Positions 10,487 to 20,166 of a stretch of 64,000 nucleotides of DNA are shown here, piece by piece (position 1 is the stretch's first letter; the number at the start of each line of letters is the position of its first letter). The position numbers and the translations under genes were made by a program. Source of the DNA: an uncultured Candidatus Actinomarina sp. (GTDB lineage: Bacteria; Actinomycetota; Acidimicrobiia; Actinomarinales; Actinomarinaceae); contig CACJPC010000001.1 in the NCBI GenBank assembly GCA_902595195.1, forward strand, positions 17,173-81,172. The letters are read 5' to 3'. The notes beneath the pieces are model-generated. The model had not been told where the DNA came from. It saw only the letters and a list, made by a program, of their open reading frames with translations, and made no database searches.

Positions 10487-10891
10487 TCAGAAGTTAAGGT
10501 TGTCTATCCAGTCTGAAATTTCTTTTACTGTTTGCTTGTAAATTGTAAGAGCATGTTCATCTGAATCATATGAAGACCTACTGGGGTCAACGAATGAATT
10601 ATGGATTCTATTTTTTGCATTAGGAAAAACTGGACATAGCTCCTCTGCAGAGTTACAAACTGTTAATACGTAATCGAATGACTCTTCTATAAAATCATCA
10701 ACAAGTTTTGGATACTGCATGCTAATGTCATAACCCTCTTCTGCCATTGCCCTAACTGCATATGGGTTTACAACCGATTCTGGATGAGTTCCAGCAGATT
10801 GTATTGCAAAGTCTGGGTACTTATTTTTAAGTAAACCCTCTGCAATTTGGGACCTACAAGTATTTCCAGTGCAGATAACAATTATTTTCAT
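10487..10891 (-). CDS. arsC: Arsenate reductase / low-molecular-weight phosphotyrosine phosphatase family
   Basis: N-terminal P-loop VICTGNTCRSQIAEG (CX5R), 134 aa. Confidence 0.75.
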   Translation of the reverse strand: MKIIVICTGNTCRSQIAEGLLKNKYPDFAIQSAGTHPESVVNPYAVRAMAEEGYDISMQYPKLVDDFIEESFDYVLTVCNSAEELCPVFPNAKNRIHNSFVDPSRSSYDSDEHALTIYKQTVKEISDWIDNLNF

Positions 10892-10904
10892 GGTGCTATT
10901 GTAA

Positions 10905-11222
10905 ATGAAAAATTACAATAAATACATGGATACACAAGCTAGTAAAGAACGAAAATTTACCCAAACGATGGAAAAGTGGATTATGTATTTCATGTACACA
11001 TTGTTTGGTGGTTTGTTTTTGTTAATTTCTTTGACAGGATCTTTTAGTGAAGGATTGGTTCTTTTGCCTGTCGCAGTAATATCAATCCCTCTAACAAAGT
11101 GGGGTATACGCTGGCAAAATGAGAGATATATTAGAAGTGCACAAAATCAAGACGATATAGAAATTGTTAAAGAAAGGCTAGATGCAATCGAGGAGAGAAT
11201 AAAAAAATTGGAGGAAAAATGA
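10905..11222 (+). CDS. Small membrane protein, unknown function
   Basis: Two hydrophobic segments followed by a charged helix. 4-nt overlap with the next gene. Confidence 0.4.
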   Translation: MKNYNKYMDTQASKERKFTQTMEKWIMYFMYTLFGGLFLLISLTGSFSEGLVLLPVAVISIPLTKWGIRWQNERYIRSAQNQDDIEIVKERLDAIEERIKKLEEK

Positions 11223-11701
11223 TATCTGTTGAGCTTTTAGCAAAGCATATGGCTTGGGCAAATCAAGAGATTTTTAAAGAAGTTAAAAAGCTAGGCCCTG
11301 ATGTTCTTGATTACTATGTAGTTGATAAAGAATGGACAGTTAAAACAATAATGGTCCATATCGTTGCCGCTTCATACTTGTATAGTCAGAGATTACAAGA
11401 AAAACCCTTTTCTAAGATTGAATTTGATATGGACAGCCCTGATTTAATTGATGACTTACTTTCAGCTCTTGAGAATATTGACAAAGATTTAATAAAACAA
11501 GCTTATAAAGAAGACAAAGAGATTGAATATGAGACATCCAAAGGAATGAGATCAGACACAATCTCGTTCATATTGTCTATGATGATTTTTCACGCCACAG
11601 AACATAGAGCTCAAATTGTTGCAGCTCTAGACAAAAATAATGAGAGAAGTATAAATTTAGACGAATATAGTATTTTTGGTTATGTTCGACAACAGGGCTA
11701 A
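11219..11701 (+). CDS. DinB-family (four-helix bundle, metal-binding) protein
   Basis: MAWANQEIF, HIVAASYLY and HATEHRAQIV give the spaced His triad typical of DinB/YfiT-like proteins. Confidence 0.6.
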   Translation: MISVELLAKHMAWANQEIFKEVKKLGPDVLDYYVVDKEWTVKTIMVHIVAASYLYSQRLQEKPFSKIEFDMDSPDLIDDLLSALENIDKDLIKQAYKEDKEIEYETSKGMRSDTISFILSMMIFHATEHRAQIVAALDKNNERSINLDEYSIFGYVRQQG

Positions 11702-12003
11702 GAGGTTTGTTTTTTTACCCAATCATCATATTCAGGAAGTGTATAGACGGGTTCTAAAACTGTAATTTTTGGAACTTGGTATGGATGTCTTTGCGTTATG
11801 ATATCTAAAACTTCTCGCATAAGAGATTCTTGTGTGTACATAGATATTTCGAATTCTTGTTCTTCTACTAGTTTTTCTTTCCATTTATAAGAAGACTGGA
11901 TTTCATGAAAAGTGCCACATGCAATTTTGTTTGTCTCAACTAGCAAATTAACCAATTCCTTGGCTTTTTTATCTTCGTCTACTGTGGTTTGAATTATTAT
12001 CAT
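11698..12003 (-). CDS. cutA: Divalent-cation tolerance protein CutA
   Basis: About 100 aa. IACGTF...SSYKWKEK...EEQEFEI...HPYQVPKI is the CutA1 pattern. Confidence 0.8.
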   Translation of the reverse strand: MIIIQTTVDEDKKAKELVNLLVETNKIACGTFHEIQSSYKWKEKLVEEQEFEISMYTQESLMREVLDIITQRHPYQVPKITVLEPVYTLPEYDDWVKKQTS

Positions 12004-12839
12004 AAATCTAAATTAAGTTCATTCGCCGTAAAAGTCCAGAGTTTATTTCTAAGCTCCTCGTTATAAACAAGTTTATTATGTTGCATGGTTGCTGGTTGAC
12101 CATAGAAGCCAAAGATTTTTGGGGCATAAACACGTTCTGTAGAAACATTTTCTTCTTCAATTGCCTGAATAATAGGGGCTATTCCTGTTTGAATGTTTGT
12201 AGAAAAGTATGTGTAAAAAGATTTCTTAATTTTTTTGACTTCATAAGGTCTTGATTGCCTTGATTTTGTAACACCTGGATGTGCAGTAGCAACCGAGATA
12301 GAAGTTTTTTTAAGTTTATTCTCTAACTCAAGTGCAAACATAGATCTAAATAAATTTGTAAGGTTGTATCTACTGCTTGGAGAGAATCTAGTTTTTGAAT
12401 GAAGAAAGTCCAAATTAAACTCTCTAGCAAGATACATCGAAAGACTTGTTACCTGAACAATTCGTCCTGAGCTTCTATGTAAGTTTTCTAAAAGCATTAA
12501 AACTAATCTATAAGCCCCGAAATAATTAACTGCAATCATTGACTCATAGCCTTCTTCGGTAAGTTCAAAATCCCTATAAATTAAACCCGCATTATTGTAT
12601 AAAACATCAATCTCTGAGAAATTAGTATTAATTTGTTTAACAAACTGTAGTACACTTGCTGGTTTTGATAAATCTAATTCTAAAAAGTGCGCATTGTTGC
12701 CAAGATACTCCTCAGCCATCTTTCCTTTTGAAGTATCTCTACAGCCAATTATGACTTTGTAGTTTTTAGAAATTAAATCTTTTGCAACTGCAAGGCCTAT
12801 ACCTTTGTTGCCACCTGTGATTATTGCTGTTTTTGACAT
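12000..12839 (-). CDS. Short-chain dehydrogenase/reductase (SDR)
   Basis: TGGNKGIGLA (TGxxxGIG) and NNAG motif. 4-nt overlap with cutA. Confidence 0.8.
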   Translation of the reverse strand: MSKTAIITGGNKGIGLAVAKDLISKNYKVIIGCRDTSKGKMAEEYLGNNAHFLELDLSKPASVLQFVKQINTNFSEIDVLYNNAGLIYRDFELTEEGYESMIAVNYFGAYRLVLMLLENLHRSSGRIVQVTSLSMYLAREFNLDFLHSKTRFSPSSRYNLTNLFRSMFALELENKLKKTSISVATAHPGVTKSRQSRPYEVKKIKKSFYTYFSTNIQTGIAPIIQAIEEENVSTERVYAPKIFGFYGQPATMQHNKLVYNEELRNKLWTFTANELNLDL

Positions 12840-12875
12840 TTTTTATTTAGTTTATTAATACCTACAATTAAATAA

Positions 12876-13097
12876 ATGTATTATTTATTAACTGGAATTG
12901 TTGTAGTCTCGATACTTAGGTACTTTAATTTAATTCCAAAAATGACAAGCAAGTTTTGGACATATGTTGATTATGCTTTAGTTCTTATAGCTTTTGTGTT
13001 ACTTTTGTCGAGAATACCTCCTTTGTTCTCTGGAATTTTACTGACCGTTGTAGCTGGATATGCTTGGCGAAAAGGTTTTTTTGATAAATTTCGTTAA
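12876..13097 (+). CDS. Small two-TM membrane protein
   Basis: Hydrophobic 73-aa ORF in its own intergenic slot. Confidence 0.4.
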   Translation: MYYLLTGIVVVSILRYFNLIPKMTSKFWTYVDYALVLIAFVLLLSRIPPLFSGILLTVVAGYAWRKGFFDKFR

Positions 13098-13125
13098 CTA
13101 TTTTCTTCGTTGTTAAGCTTGGATA

Positions 13126-13677
13126 ATGATAAGAATATTTGATTTTTTATTTTCTTTTTTTGGATTACTGGTTCTGTCTCCAGTTCTTTTAATTTTATTT
13201 GTGATTACTTATTTTGATACTGGTTCACCATTGTTTCGCCAAGAAAGAATTGGTAGATTTGAGGAACCTTTTACTCTAGTTAAATTTCGTACGATGCAGT
13301 TTGATACAGCTTCAGTAGCAAGCCACTTGGTCGACAAATCGGCCATAACACCTATAGGTTCATTCTTACGTAAATCACATCTAGATGAACTTCCTCAACT
13401 TTGGAATGTACTAAAAGGTAACATGAGTTTGGTCGGTCCTCGTCCAGCATTGTTTAGTCAGGAAAAATTACGAGATGCAAGAAAAAAACACGATGTTTAT
13501 AGAGTACGCCCAGGTATTACTGGGCTTTCACAGGTTAGTGGTCTTGACACTTCTACCCCCGAGCTACTTGCTGAAACTGATGCAAAGATGATTGAAAATT
13601 TATCTTTAATTGATTACTTTAAATACATTATCGCAACGGCTGGTGGAAAAGGTGGGGGTGACGCAGCTCAACGATAA
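13126..13677 (+). CDS. Undecaprenyl-phosphate sugar phosphotransferase (bacterial sugar transferase family, small PglC/WbaP-C type)
   Basis: N-terminal re-entrant helix, then SPLFRQERIG, KFRTM, DELPQLWNVLKGNMSLVGPRP and PGITGLSQV. Confidence 0.82.
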   Translation: MIRIFDFLFSFFGLLVLSPVLLILFVITYFDTGSPLFRQERIGRFEEPFTLVKFRTMQFDTASVASHLVDKSAITPIGSFLRKSHLDELPQLWNVLKGNMSLVGPRPALFSQEKLRDARKKHDVYRVRPGITGLSQVSGLDTSTPELLAETDAKMIENLSLIDYFKYIIATAGGKGGGDAAQR

Positions 13678-13680
13678 TTT

Positions 13681-15141
13681 TTATTTGTTAGGAAGTATTG
13701 ACATAAGCTTATCTTCAGAACTATTCAAAATAAAATTTCTAAATTCTTGTTCATATGTTATGTAATCCTTTCCAAATGTGTTTTGAAAATTTTCAGGAAA
13801 TAAAATACCTGACTGTGAATTGATCCAAAAGTCATACATTGTTTGTTCCCCATGTATGTTGGTTAAGTAAGCTATAAACCATGCACCTACTTGATAACCT
13901 ACGGCCCAGTCGCCTTCCCAGGTCACGTTATATAATTCAGGCCCATTTAAATATCGTTCTTTTATCGTCGGCTGATTGTCTCCACAATAACAACTAAACA
14001 TTCCACCATACATCTCATTTTCTAAGTGAGAAAAATCATTTATGTCACGCGAATAATAAAGATGTGAAAAATATGTTGCATATCCCTCCATCCAAAAGGG
14101 TTTATCTCTGTTATCAGCACCTATTCGTTTGCCAGTAATTTTTTGTTGTAAATCGTAATCAAAATCTACAACATTAGATATTTGAAAAATATGATACATT
14201 TCATGGATCGTTACGTAAGCTTGTGAACGACTGTCCCAAGACAGATCGAAAGATCCACTAATAAATAGATAACAACACTCTCTGTCACTTGGTGTGCCAC
14301 TTATAGATGAGCCTGAGACTCTTCCACCATCTGTAAACAATCCTATACTTCCATCGGCTTTCTTGTCTTGATAATCTGGGTTACAACGCGTGCTATTAAA
14401 AGTTACTGGATATTTTTGATTTAAATATTGGCAGTACTCTTCTTCTAGAGCTATTGCTGATGCATAATTTTCAGAATCAAGTTGTACAACAAGTATTGGA
14501 TATAAATTCTCTCTTTTTACACGTGCATCTGTAAACAATAACTGCTCTGTGTACTCAATATACTTTGTGAGTATCTCTATATGTTGATCAGAAATCGTTG
14601 AAGCTTTAAAAATTTTAATGTCTCTGTAGTCAAGATAGTTGTCTGATGTAGGTGTAGTGGTAGACACTGTTGTACTAGGTGAGCTTGAGTTTCCAAACCG
14701 TTGTTGATATTTAGATGCAACAATTCCATAATTCTGAGGTACAGTTGAAAACTTCTCATTTACAAATGCAAATAAATTGCTGAACTCCTCTGTAAAAGCA
14801 GAAGGATAATTAGCAAAGTAGTCATTTAAATTATCCATATATATGCGAAGATCTTCAGCGTAACCAAATACAAACTCTAAATTATCTCTATATTGTCGTA
14901 AGCACTCTTCAGTTGTTGAATCAATTTCAGTTGCATCACTGCATAATTCTGTTCCAAGTTTTGTTTCGTAAATCTCTATAATGTCGAAACTGACTGTGGG
15001 TAATGGAGGAATGTTTGAGTCTTGTTCAGCGCCTGATGAATCCTCAATTGTCTCATTGTTTTCTAGTACTGGCTCAACTTCTGAAGTCGACGTGTCTCCA
15101 CACATAGAAAGAAGTAGTAAAAAAATAATAAACTTTTTCAT
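13681..15141 (-). CDS. Secreted lipoprotein with an HExxH motif (putative zinc metallopeptidase)
   Basis: Signal/lipobox LLLLSMCGD, a Ser/Thr-rich linker SSSPSTTVSTTTPTSD, and TIHEMYHIF (HExxH). No named family recognised. Confidence 0.45.
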   Translation of the reverse strand: MKKFIIFLLLLSMCGDTSTSEVEPVLENNETIEDSSGAEQDSNIPPLPTVSFDIIEIYETKLGTELCSDATEIDSTTEECLRQYRDNLEFVFGYAEDLRIYMDNLNDYFANYPSAFTEEFSNLFAFVNEKFSTVPQNYGIVASKYQQRFGNSSSPSTTVSTTTPTSDNYLDYRDIKIFKASTISDQHIEILTKYIEYTEQLLFTDARVKRENLYPILVVQLDSENYASAIALEEEYCQYLNQKYPVTFNSTRCNPDYQDKKADGSIGLFTDGGRVSGSSISGTPSDRECCYLFISGSFDLSWDSRSQAYVTIHEMYHIFQISNVVDFDYDLQQKITGKRIGADNRDKPFWMEGYATYFSHLYYSRDINDFSHLENEMYGGMFSCYCGDNQPTIKERYLNGPELYNVTWEGDWAVGYQVGAWFIAYLTNIHGEQTMYDFWINSQSGILFPENFQNTFGKDYITYEQEFRNFILNSSEDKLMSILPNK

Positions 15142-15276
15142 TCGTAATACTTATTGTTGTAAATTAACCATCTCACTGAAAATATGACTATGACAATCGA
15201 AAAAAGCATCGTCATATTAGGAAATAAATATAGAAGAGTAATTGAGCCTATAATTGTCACAAGAATTACTAACATC

Positions 15277-15942
15277 TTATTTTGTTCCTGGTTTATAAAA
15301 TACTTTATTTCTACCTTTAACCAAATGGTATCTTTCCATTAAGAACTCTTTGTCTTCTTCTACCGAGTTTGTTAAGGGCAGTTCTTCCATTAATTCAAAT
15401 CTTCTATTTTCGTAATCTATTTTTGTGGGCACAATTGTAGCGTCTAGGGCTTTTCCAATATAATGAAAACCACTTTTTATTGTCTGATTAGTTTTCATCT
15501 CTCCTTCAACTGTTAAATATAGAATGAACTTATCTTTTGACTTAAGCTGTTCAATTACTTGTTGAGTAACTCCTGTTGATTTAGCCCTCCAAACCGGTAT
15601 TCCACCAAATCCTAGAAGAACTTTATTTTGAAGTCTTCCGAATGGATGAGGGATACCAAGCTTATCTGGGTTTTTCTTAAATGGTAATGGCACGACAATT
15701 CGAGTAAACATTGAGACAGAACCAAGAAAATAAAATTTTAAATCTGTTGCCAGGCAGACAAAATAGGCATAAATAGCATCAAAAGTAGATGAGTGTGGAG
15801 CTGAGGCAATGATAATTCTTTTTTTATCAGGAAGATTACCAACTACATCCCAGTTAACAGCTTTTAAAATGAGTCTTCCAAGTGGACCAAGAAATTTCCT
15901 TATTTTAATAGGATGGTTTTCTGTCTTTACAATGTGATCCAT
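15277..15942 (-). CDS. PlsC-type acyltransferase (paralogue of 61515..62183)
   Basis: SAPHSSTFD fits HX4D, followed by TVEGE. It matches ORF 61515..62183 in length and motifs (KIDYENRRFEL versus QIDYENEIFNI). Confidence 0.6.
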   Translation of the reverse strand: MDHIVKTENHPIKIRKFLGPLGRLILKAVNWDVVGNLPDKKRIIIASAPHSSTFDAIYAYFVCLATDLKFYFLGSVSMFTRIVVPLPFKKNPDKLGIPHPFGRLQNKVLLGFGGIPVWRAKSTGVTQQVIEQLKSKDKFILYLTVEGEMKTNQTIKSGFHYIGKALDATIVPTKIDYENRRFELMEELPLTNSVEEDKEFLMERYHLVKGRNKVFYKPGTK

Positions 15943-15951
15943 ATCCTAATG

Positions 15952-17229
15952 CTAATTATTTGTTATCTCTTTTACCTGCCTTGAGAGATTTCTTAAGTTT
16001 TTGTTATTAAAATTTAAAACCCATATTCCTATGTATGACACTCCAACTATAAAAAATAAAAGTGCATATCCTCTTCCTGGACCCTGTCCTACAAGTGGAG
16101 ATAGTAAATCAACATTATTTGGATAAAAATCAAACTCTAAATAATCTCCTAATGGACCAGCTATTAACACACCTAATGGCCTTAACATTTGAGCAATTGT
16201 ACCTCTAAGTGCCAACGCCCTACCTCTAATATCTTCTGTAGTAATAGCTAACCATGCTCCAGAGGAAACAGTGTATTGTACGGTTCCACTAACTCCACCT
16301 ATTACCCCATGGATACACAAAAGAATAATGCTTGGTCTAATCGACCCTAGAACTAAACTTAATCCTCCCAAGAGACCACAATAAATTGCAACTTTAAGAT
16401 TTCCTTGAAGCCAGTCCGATAATCGAAGTGAGATGATAGAGCCAAAAAGAAAAGCTAATCCAATACTAGACTCTACAAGACCAAGGCCCGTTGCATCAGT
16501 AAAACTGAGAATCATAGGGGGAAGCAAGACTTGAGTAAAGCCCCATAGAAAATTACAAATTCCCAAAATAAGAACTAAGCTAAGTAGACCTTTTTGTTTT
16601 TTCAACCAGTTATACGCTTCAATTAAATCAAGGTAGATATTCTTAATATTCATTTTGTTTTTTGTCTCAACTTTTTTGCTTTTAAATAAGGTAATTGTTG
16701 CAACACCAAATAGACACGTGATTACATCAACAAGTATCACGCCGGTCAAGCCAAAGAAAGAATAGATAAAAGCTCCTCCTATTGGTCCAATAAGAACAGA
16801 TATTGCCTCAGCACTTTCAAATAATGCGGATACTTTTGTAACTTCATTCTTTTTTACAACATCTCCTAAAAAAGCACTCCAAGTAGTCCAATGAGCAATT
16901 TCGAAAATACCAAATGCAAGGGCAAATGGTATCAAAAGAGTCAATGTCAACATGTCGTTTAAAGCAAAGTAGCCAATAACACACATCAAAACAGCAATTG
17001 TTAAATCAAAAATAATTATTAATTGTTTTCTTGGAAATCTATCAGCAAGCACTCCACCAAATGGTCCTGTTACGACCCCAACAATTGCTACGATAAATAG
17101 GATTGTTGATAGAGCACTAGCTTTTCCAGTTGTTTCATAGATCCACACTCCTATTGCAAAAAAAGACATTGCAGAACCTGTCCAAGACACAGTTTGGCCA
17201 AACCAAAGGAGATAAACTTTTTTACTCAT
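15952..17229 (-). CDS. MFS transporter
   Basis: About 12 hydrophobic segments. DRFPRKQ sits in the loop 2-3 position typical of MFS. Confidence 0.8.
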   Translation of the reverse strand: MSKKVYLLWFGQTVSWTGSAMSFFAIGVWIYETTGKASALSTILFIVAIVGVVTGPFGGVLADRFPRKQLIIIFDLTIAVLMCVIGYFALNDMLTLTLLIPFALAFGIFEIAHWTTWSAFLGDVVKKNEVTKVSALFESAEAISVLIGPIGGAFIYSFFGLTGVILVDVITCLFGVATITLFKSKKVETKNKMNIKNIYLDLIEAYNWLKKQKGLLSLVLILGICNFLWGFTQVLLPPMILSFTDATGLGLVESSIGLAFLFGSIISLRLSDWLQGNLKVAIYCGLLGGLSLVLGSIRPSIILLCIHGVIGGVSGTVQYTVSSGAWLAITTEDIRGRALALRGTIAQMLRPLGVLIAGPLGDYLEFDFYPNNVDLLSPLVGQGPGRGYALLFFIVGVSYIGIWVLNFNNKNLRNLSRQVKEITNN

Positions 17230-17292
17230 ACTTATGTAATACCAAAGGATAGATTAACTGAAACAGAAGCATATAGGTACAGTTTGGATTCT

Positions 17293-17388
17293 CTATTTTC
17301 TAAGAAGCTGCCAAATAATAAGTGGAATTATTACAATGATAATTTCCCAAGTATCCCAGTACTGCTCTAAAGTCTCAATCCAATTCAT
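17293..17388 (-). CDS. Mini-ORF, 31-aa single-TM peptide (third of a coupled train)
   Basis: My translation: MNWIETLEQYWDTWEIIIVIIPLIIWQLLRK*. Its ATG overlaps the upstream TGA as ATGA (17385-17388). Below the ORF-track size cutoff. Confidence 0.35.
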   Translation of the reverse strand: MNWIETLEQYWDTWEIIIVIIPLIIWQLLRK

Positions 17389-17561
17389 AAGTTTCTCTTT
17401 TTAAGATAACTTTTTCCAAACAATATCCAAATAAAAAATACAATCCAGAAAAATGCGAACATAATTGACTCTTCAATCCCGTAAATACTTAGAGTGAACT
17501 CAATTAAAAAAAGAAGCAAAATCAAAAATGCAATACCTCCTAAGTATTTAAAATTAATCAT
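17385..17561 (-). CDS. Small two-TM membrane peptide (58 aa from the internal ATG)
   Basis: The track ORF is 17385..17585. I prefer ATG 17561 (MINFKYLGG...) because it overlaps the stop of the upstream mini-ORF (ATGATTAA). Confidence 0.4.
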   Translation of the reverse strand: MINFKYLGGIAFLILLLFLIEFTLSIYGIEESIMFAFFWIVFFIWILFGKSYLKKRNL

Positions 17562-17658
17562 TTTTAATAAGCGAGTAGAAACCAAGAATAGAGGCGCATA
17601 AGAACAAAATTAAAAATACATAGTTAACAAAAATACTGGATTCTTCAAAAACATACAT
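17554..17658 (-). CDS. Mini-ORF, 34-aa hydrophobic peptide (first of a coupled train)
   Basis: My translation: MYVFEESSIFVNYVFLILFLCASILGFYSLIKND*. An in-frame TTG further upstream is possible. Confidence 0.3.
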   Translation of the reverse strand: MYVFEESSIFVNYVFLILFLCASILGFYSLIKND

Positions 17659-17716
17659 TAAGGGATACGAAATATATGCTGCAGCAAAATAAATCAAGCT
17701 TCTGTGTTTTATATTT

Positions 17717-18085
17717 TTAATAAATTAATACTCTATCTGCTTCAAATGTTAGCTCTACTAGTTTGTTTGGAGTTGCAGGTGTAAATCCTAAAGACTCTAA
17801 TTGCTCTTTTGAGATTCCCCTTGCTTGAGCAGATTTTCCAGATGCATATAGTTTTGCACCTTTTTCTTTCAACACAACAAGATGGTCTGCCAATGTACCT
17901 AGGCCTACCCCCTGCATTTCACTTGTAGTTATCTCATGAAGAGATGTGACGCCATCTCCTGCACAAAATATTGTTACATCATTTCCATCTTCAATAGCAG
18001 ATTTTGCGACCAAAAAACCCAAAACAGAACGGCTGGGATTTTCAACACCGGTAATAATGTGTACTAATAATTTGTCCATATTCAA
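17717..18085 (-). CDS. DsrE/DsrF-like sulfur-relay family protein
   Basis: 122 aa. KLLVHIITG...FLVAKSAIEDGNDVTIFCAGDGV matches the DsrE-fold pattern from memory. Confidence 0.55.
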   Translation of the reverse strand: MNMDKLLVHIITGVENPSRSVLGFLVAKSAIEDGNDVTIFCAGDGVTSLHEITTSEMQGVGLGTLADHLVVLKEKGAKLYASGKSAQARGISKEQLESLGFTPATPNKLVELTFEADRVLIY

Positions 18086-18150
18086 TAATAAACATTTGAA
18101 ATTTGAAATTAGTAATAAAAATTAATAGATTGATATTAGGGGGGGAGCTT

Positions 18151-19116
18151 ATGTTGAGTAAAGAGGCTGTAAAAGCCAAAAATAAGTATAAAAAATTAGG
18201 GGCAATGATTTCATGGTTAGTTGTAGAACCTTGGAATCCAAAAATGTGGAAGGTCAAGCTTCAAAGGTTTAACTTTGATAACGTTGTTGCTATAAATCCA
18301 AAGTCTAAAGGACACAAGAAGGAAAAACTAACGCTTGCTGGAATGGAGACTTGGAAAATAACAACACCAAATTCTGATCCTGAAAAGATACTTTTGTATT
18401 TTCATGGAGGTGCTTATCAAGTTGGAAGTCCAAAAGGGTATTATCCAATGCTTACACATATAGCAAGAGAGACTGGTTTTACAATTTATATACCAGATTA
18501 CAGATTGGCACCAGAGCATTATTATCCTGCACAAGTTGAAGATGGAGTTGCAGCGTATGAAGCAATGGTGAACGATTTAGGATACTCACCTAATCAAATT
18601 GCATTTGGTGGAGATTCAGCTGGTGGAAATATGTCGCTTGTTACACTTTTAAAACTTAAAGAGCAAGGGAAAGAAATGCCAAGTGCTGTAATTTGTATTT
18701 CACCTTGGGCTGATCCAGCCGCAACTGGTGAATCATACAATCAAGATATGGCTGAAAAAGATTTCTTGATTGGCCCTATCTTTAAAAGAATGTGGGCAGA
18801 ATACAACCTTGATGGATTTGGAGGATACTTTGTCAAAGAGGAAGACTTAGATCGAGAAAATCAATATATATGTCCAATTAAAGGAGATTACACAGGCTGT
18901 CCACCAATTATGGTGCAAGTGGGTGCCCATGAACTCTTGCTTTCAGACTCAAGAACATTAAAAGAAGTCTTTGAGAGAGATGGCGTAGTTCACGAATATA
19001 AAGAATGGGATGAACTTTGGCATGTGTTTCAAATAGAGGCACTTCTACCAGAGTCAATTGAATCGTTCAAAATGTTCGGAAGCTTTTTAAATAAATATAT
19101 TGGTGTAAAAGTCTAA
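18151..19116 (+). CDS. Alpha/beta hydrolase, hormone-sensitive-lipase-like esterase
   Basis: LYFHGGAY (HGG oxyanion motif) and the GDSAGGN nucleophile elbow. The start was moved to ATG 18151, preceded by GGGGGAG at 18141-18147. The track start 18103 overlaps the divergent region. Confidence 0.8.
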   Translation: MLSKEAVKAKNKYKKLGAMISWLVVEPWNPKMWKVKLQRFNFDNVVAINPKSKGHKKEKLTLAGMETWKITTPNSDPEKILLYFHGGAYQVGSPKGYYPMLTHIARETGFTIYIPDYRLAPEHYYPAQVEDGVAAYEAMVNDLGYSPNQIAFGGDSAGGNMSLVTLLKLKEQGKEMPSAVICISPWADPAATGESYNQDMAEKDFLIGPIFKRMWAEYNLDGFGGYFVKEEDLDRENQYICPIKGDYTGCPPIMVQVGAHELLLSDSRTLKEVFERDGVVHEYKEWDELWHVFQIEALLPESIESFKMFGSFLNKYIGVKV

Positions 19117-19159
19117 ATATTTTAACTAACATCATAAATATTGTTATTGAAGGAAATTA

Positions 19160-20149
19160 ATGAAACTCGCCCTTATTACTGGAAGCTCAGGCCATGTTGG
19201 ATCAAATTTAATTAGGAAACTTTCAGAATTAAATTACAAAATTCGATGTATTGACTTTGACGGTGACCACCGTGCTTATGAAGGCTTTGATGTTGAGGTA
19301 ATAAAAGGAGACATCACTAACAAAGAATCTCTTTACCCAATCTTTGAAGGTGTTGACGTAGTATTTCATACCGCTGCATTAATAAATTTAGATAGAAGAT
19401 TTAGAAAGGCCATTGAGACAGTAAATATTGAGGGGACTAGAAATGTCTGTGAAGTTTCACTAGAGAAAGGCATTAACAAACTTATTCATTTTTCTTCAGT
19501 TGATGCTTTCTATCGTTTCCCAATTGATCAACCTTTGCTTGAAGAAAGGAAGCTTATTGAAGACCATAAAGGTATGCCTTATGACTTCTCCAAAGCTGAA
19601 GGCCAGAGAATTGTCTATGAGTTTTGTGAAAAAGGGCTAGATGCATCAATCATACACCCAACATCAATCGTTGGTCCCAATGACTTTAAGCCAGGCCTAC
19701 CTATGCAGGCTTTTGTAGATATGGCGAATGGAAAGAGAAAACTTATGCCTAACTGGGGCTATAACTTTATAGATGTTCGTGATTTATGTGATGCCGCAAT
19801 CTCTGCAGTAGAAAATGGAAGAACAGGACAGAACTACATCATTGGTGGCGACTATCATATGTATCTTTACATTGGAGAACTAATAGGAAAAAAACTTGGT
19901 AGAAAAGTAGTATATGGAACACTTCCTGAGTTTATAACATATCTTCCTCTTCCATTTGAATACATAAGAGCTCTCATAACAAATAAACCAAGAGTGTTAA
20001 CTTTAGATGCTATTCATACTGCACAAACTGGGAATAAAGTTGTTCCTAGTTCATTAGCGAGAGAAGAACTGGGGCATAATCCAAGGCCGATCGAAGAAAC
20101 AATATATGACACTATTGAATTTTTTCAAAAAAGAGGTCTCGTAAAGTAA
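19160..20149 (+). CDS. NAD-dependent epimerase/dehydratase (3-beta-HSD-like extended SDR)
   Basis: ITGSSGHVGSNL (GxxGxxG) and YDFSKAEGQ (YxxxK). Confidence 0.8.
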   Translation: MKLALITGSSGHVGSNLIRKLSELNYKIRCIDFDGDHRAYEGFDVEVIKGDITNKESLYPIFEGVDVVFHTAALINLDRRFRKAIETVNIEGTRNVCEVSLEKGINKLIHFSSVDAFYRFPIDQPLLEERKLIEDHKGMPYDFSKAEGQRIVYEFCEKGLDASIIHPTSIVGPNDFKPGLPMQAFVDMANGKRKLMPNWGYNFIDVRDLCDAAISAVENGRTGQNYIIGGDYHMYLYIGELIGKKLGRKVVYGTLPEFITYLPLPFEYIRALITNKPRVLTLDAIHTAQTGNKVVPSSLAREELGHNPRPIEETIYDTIEFFQKRGLVK

Positions 20150-20166
20150 GAATTGGGATTTACAAT

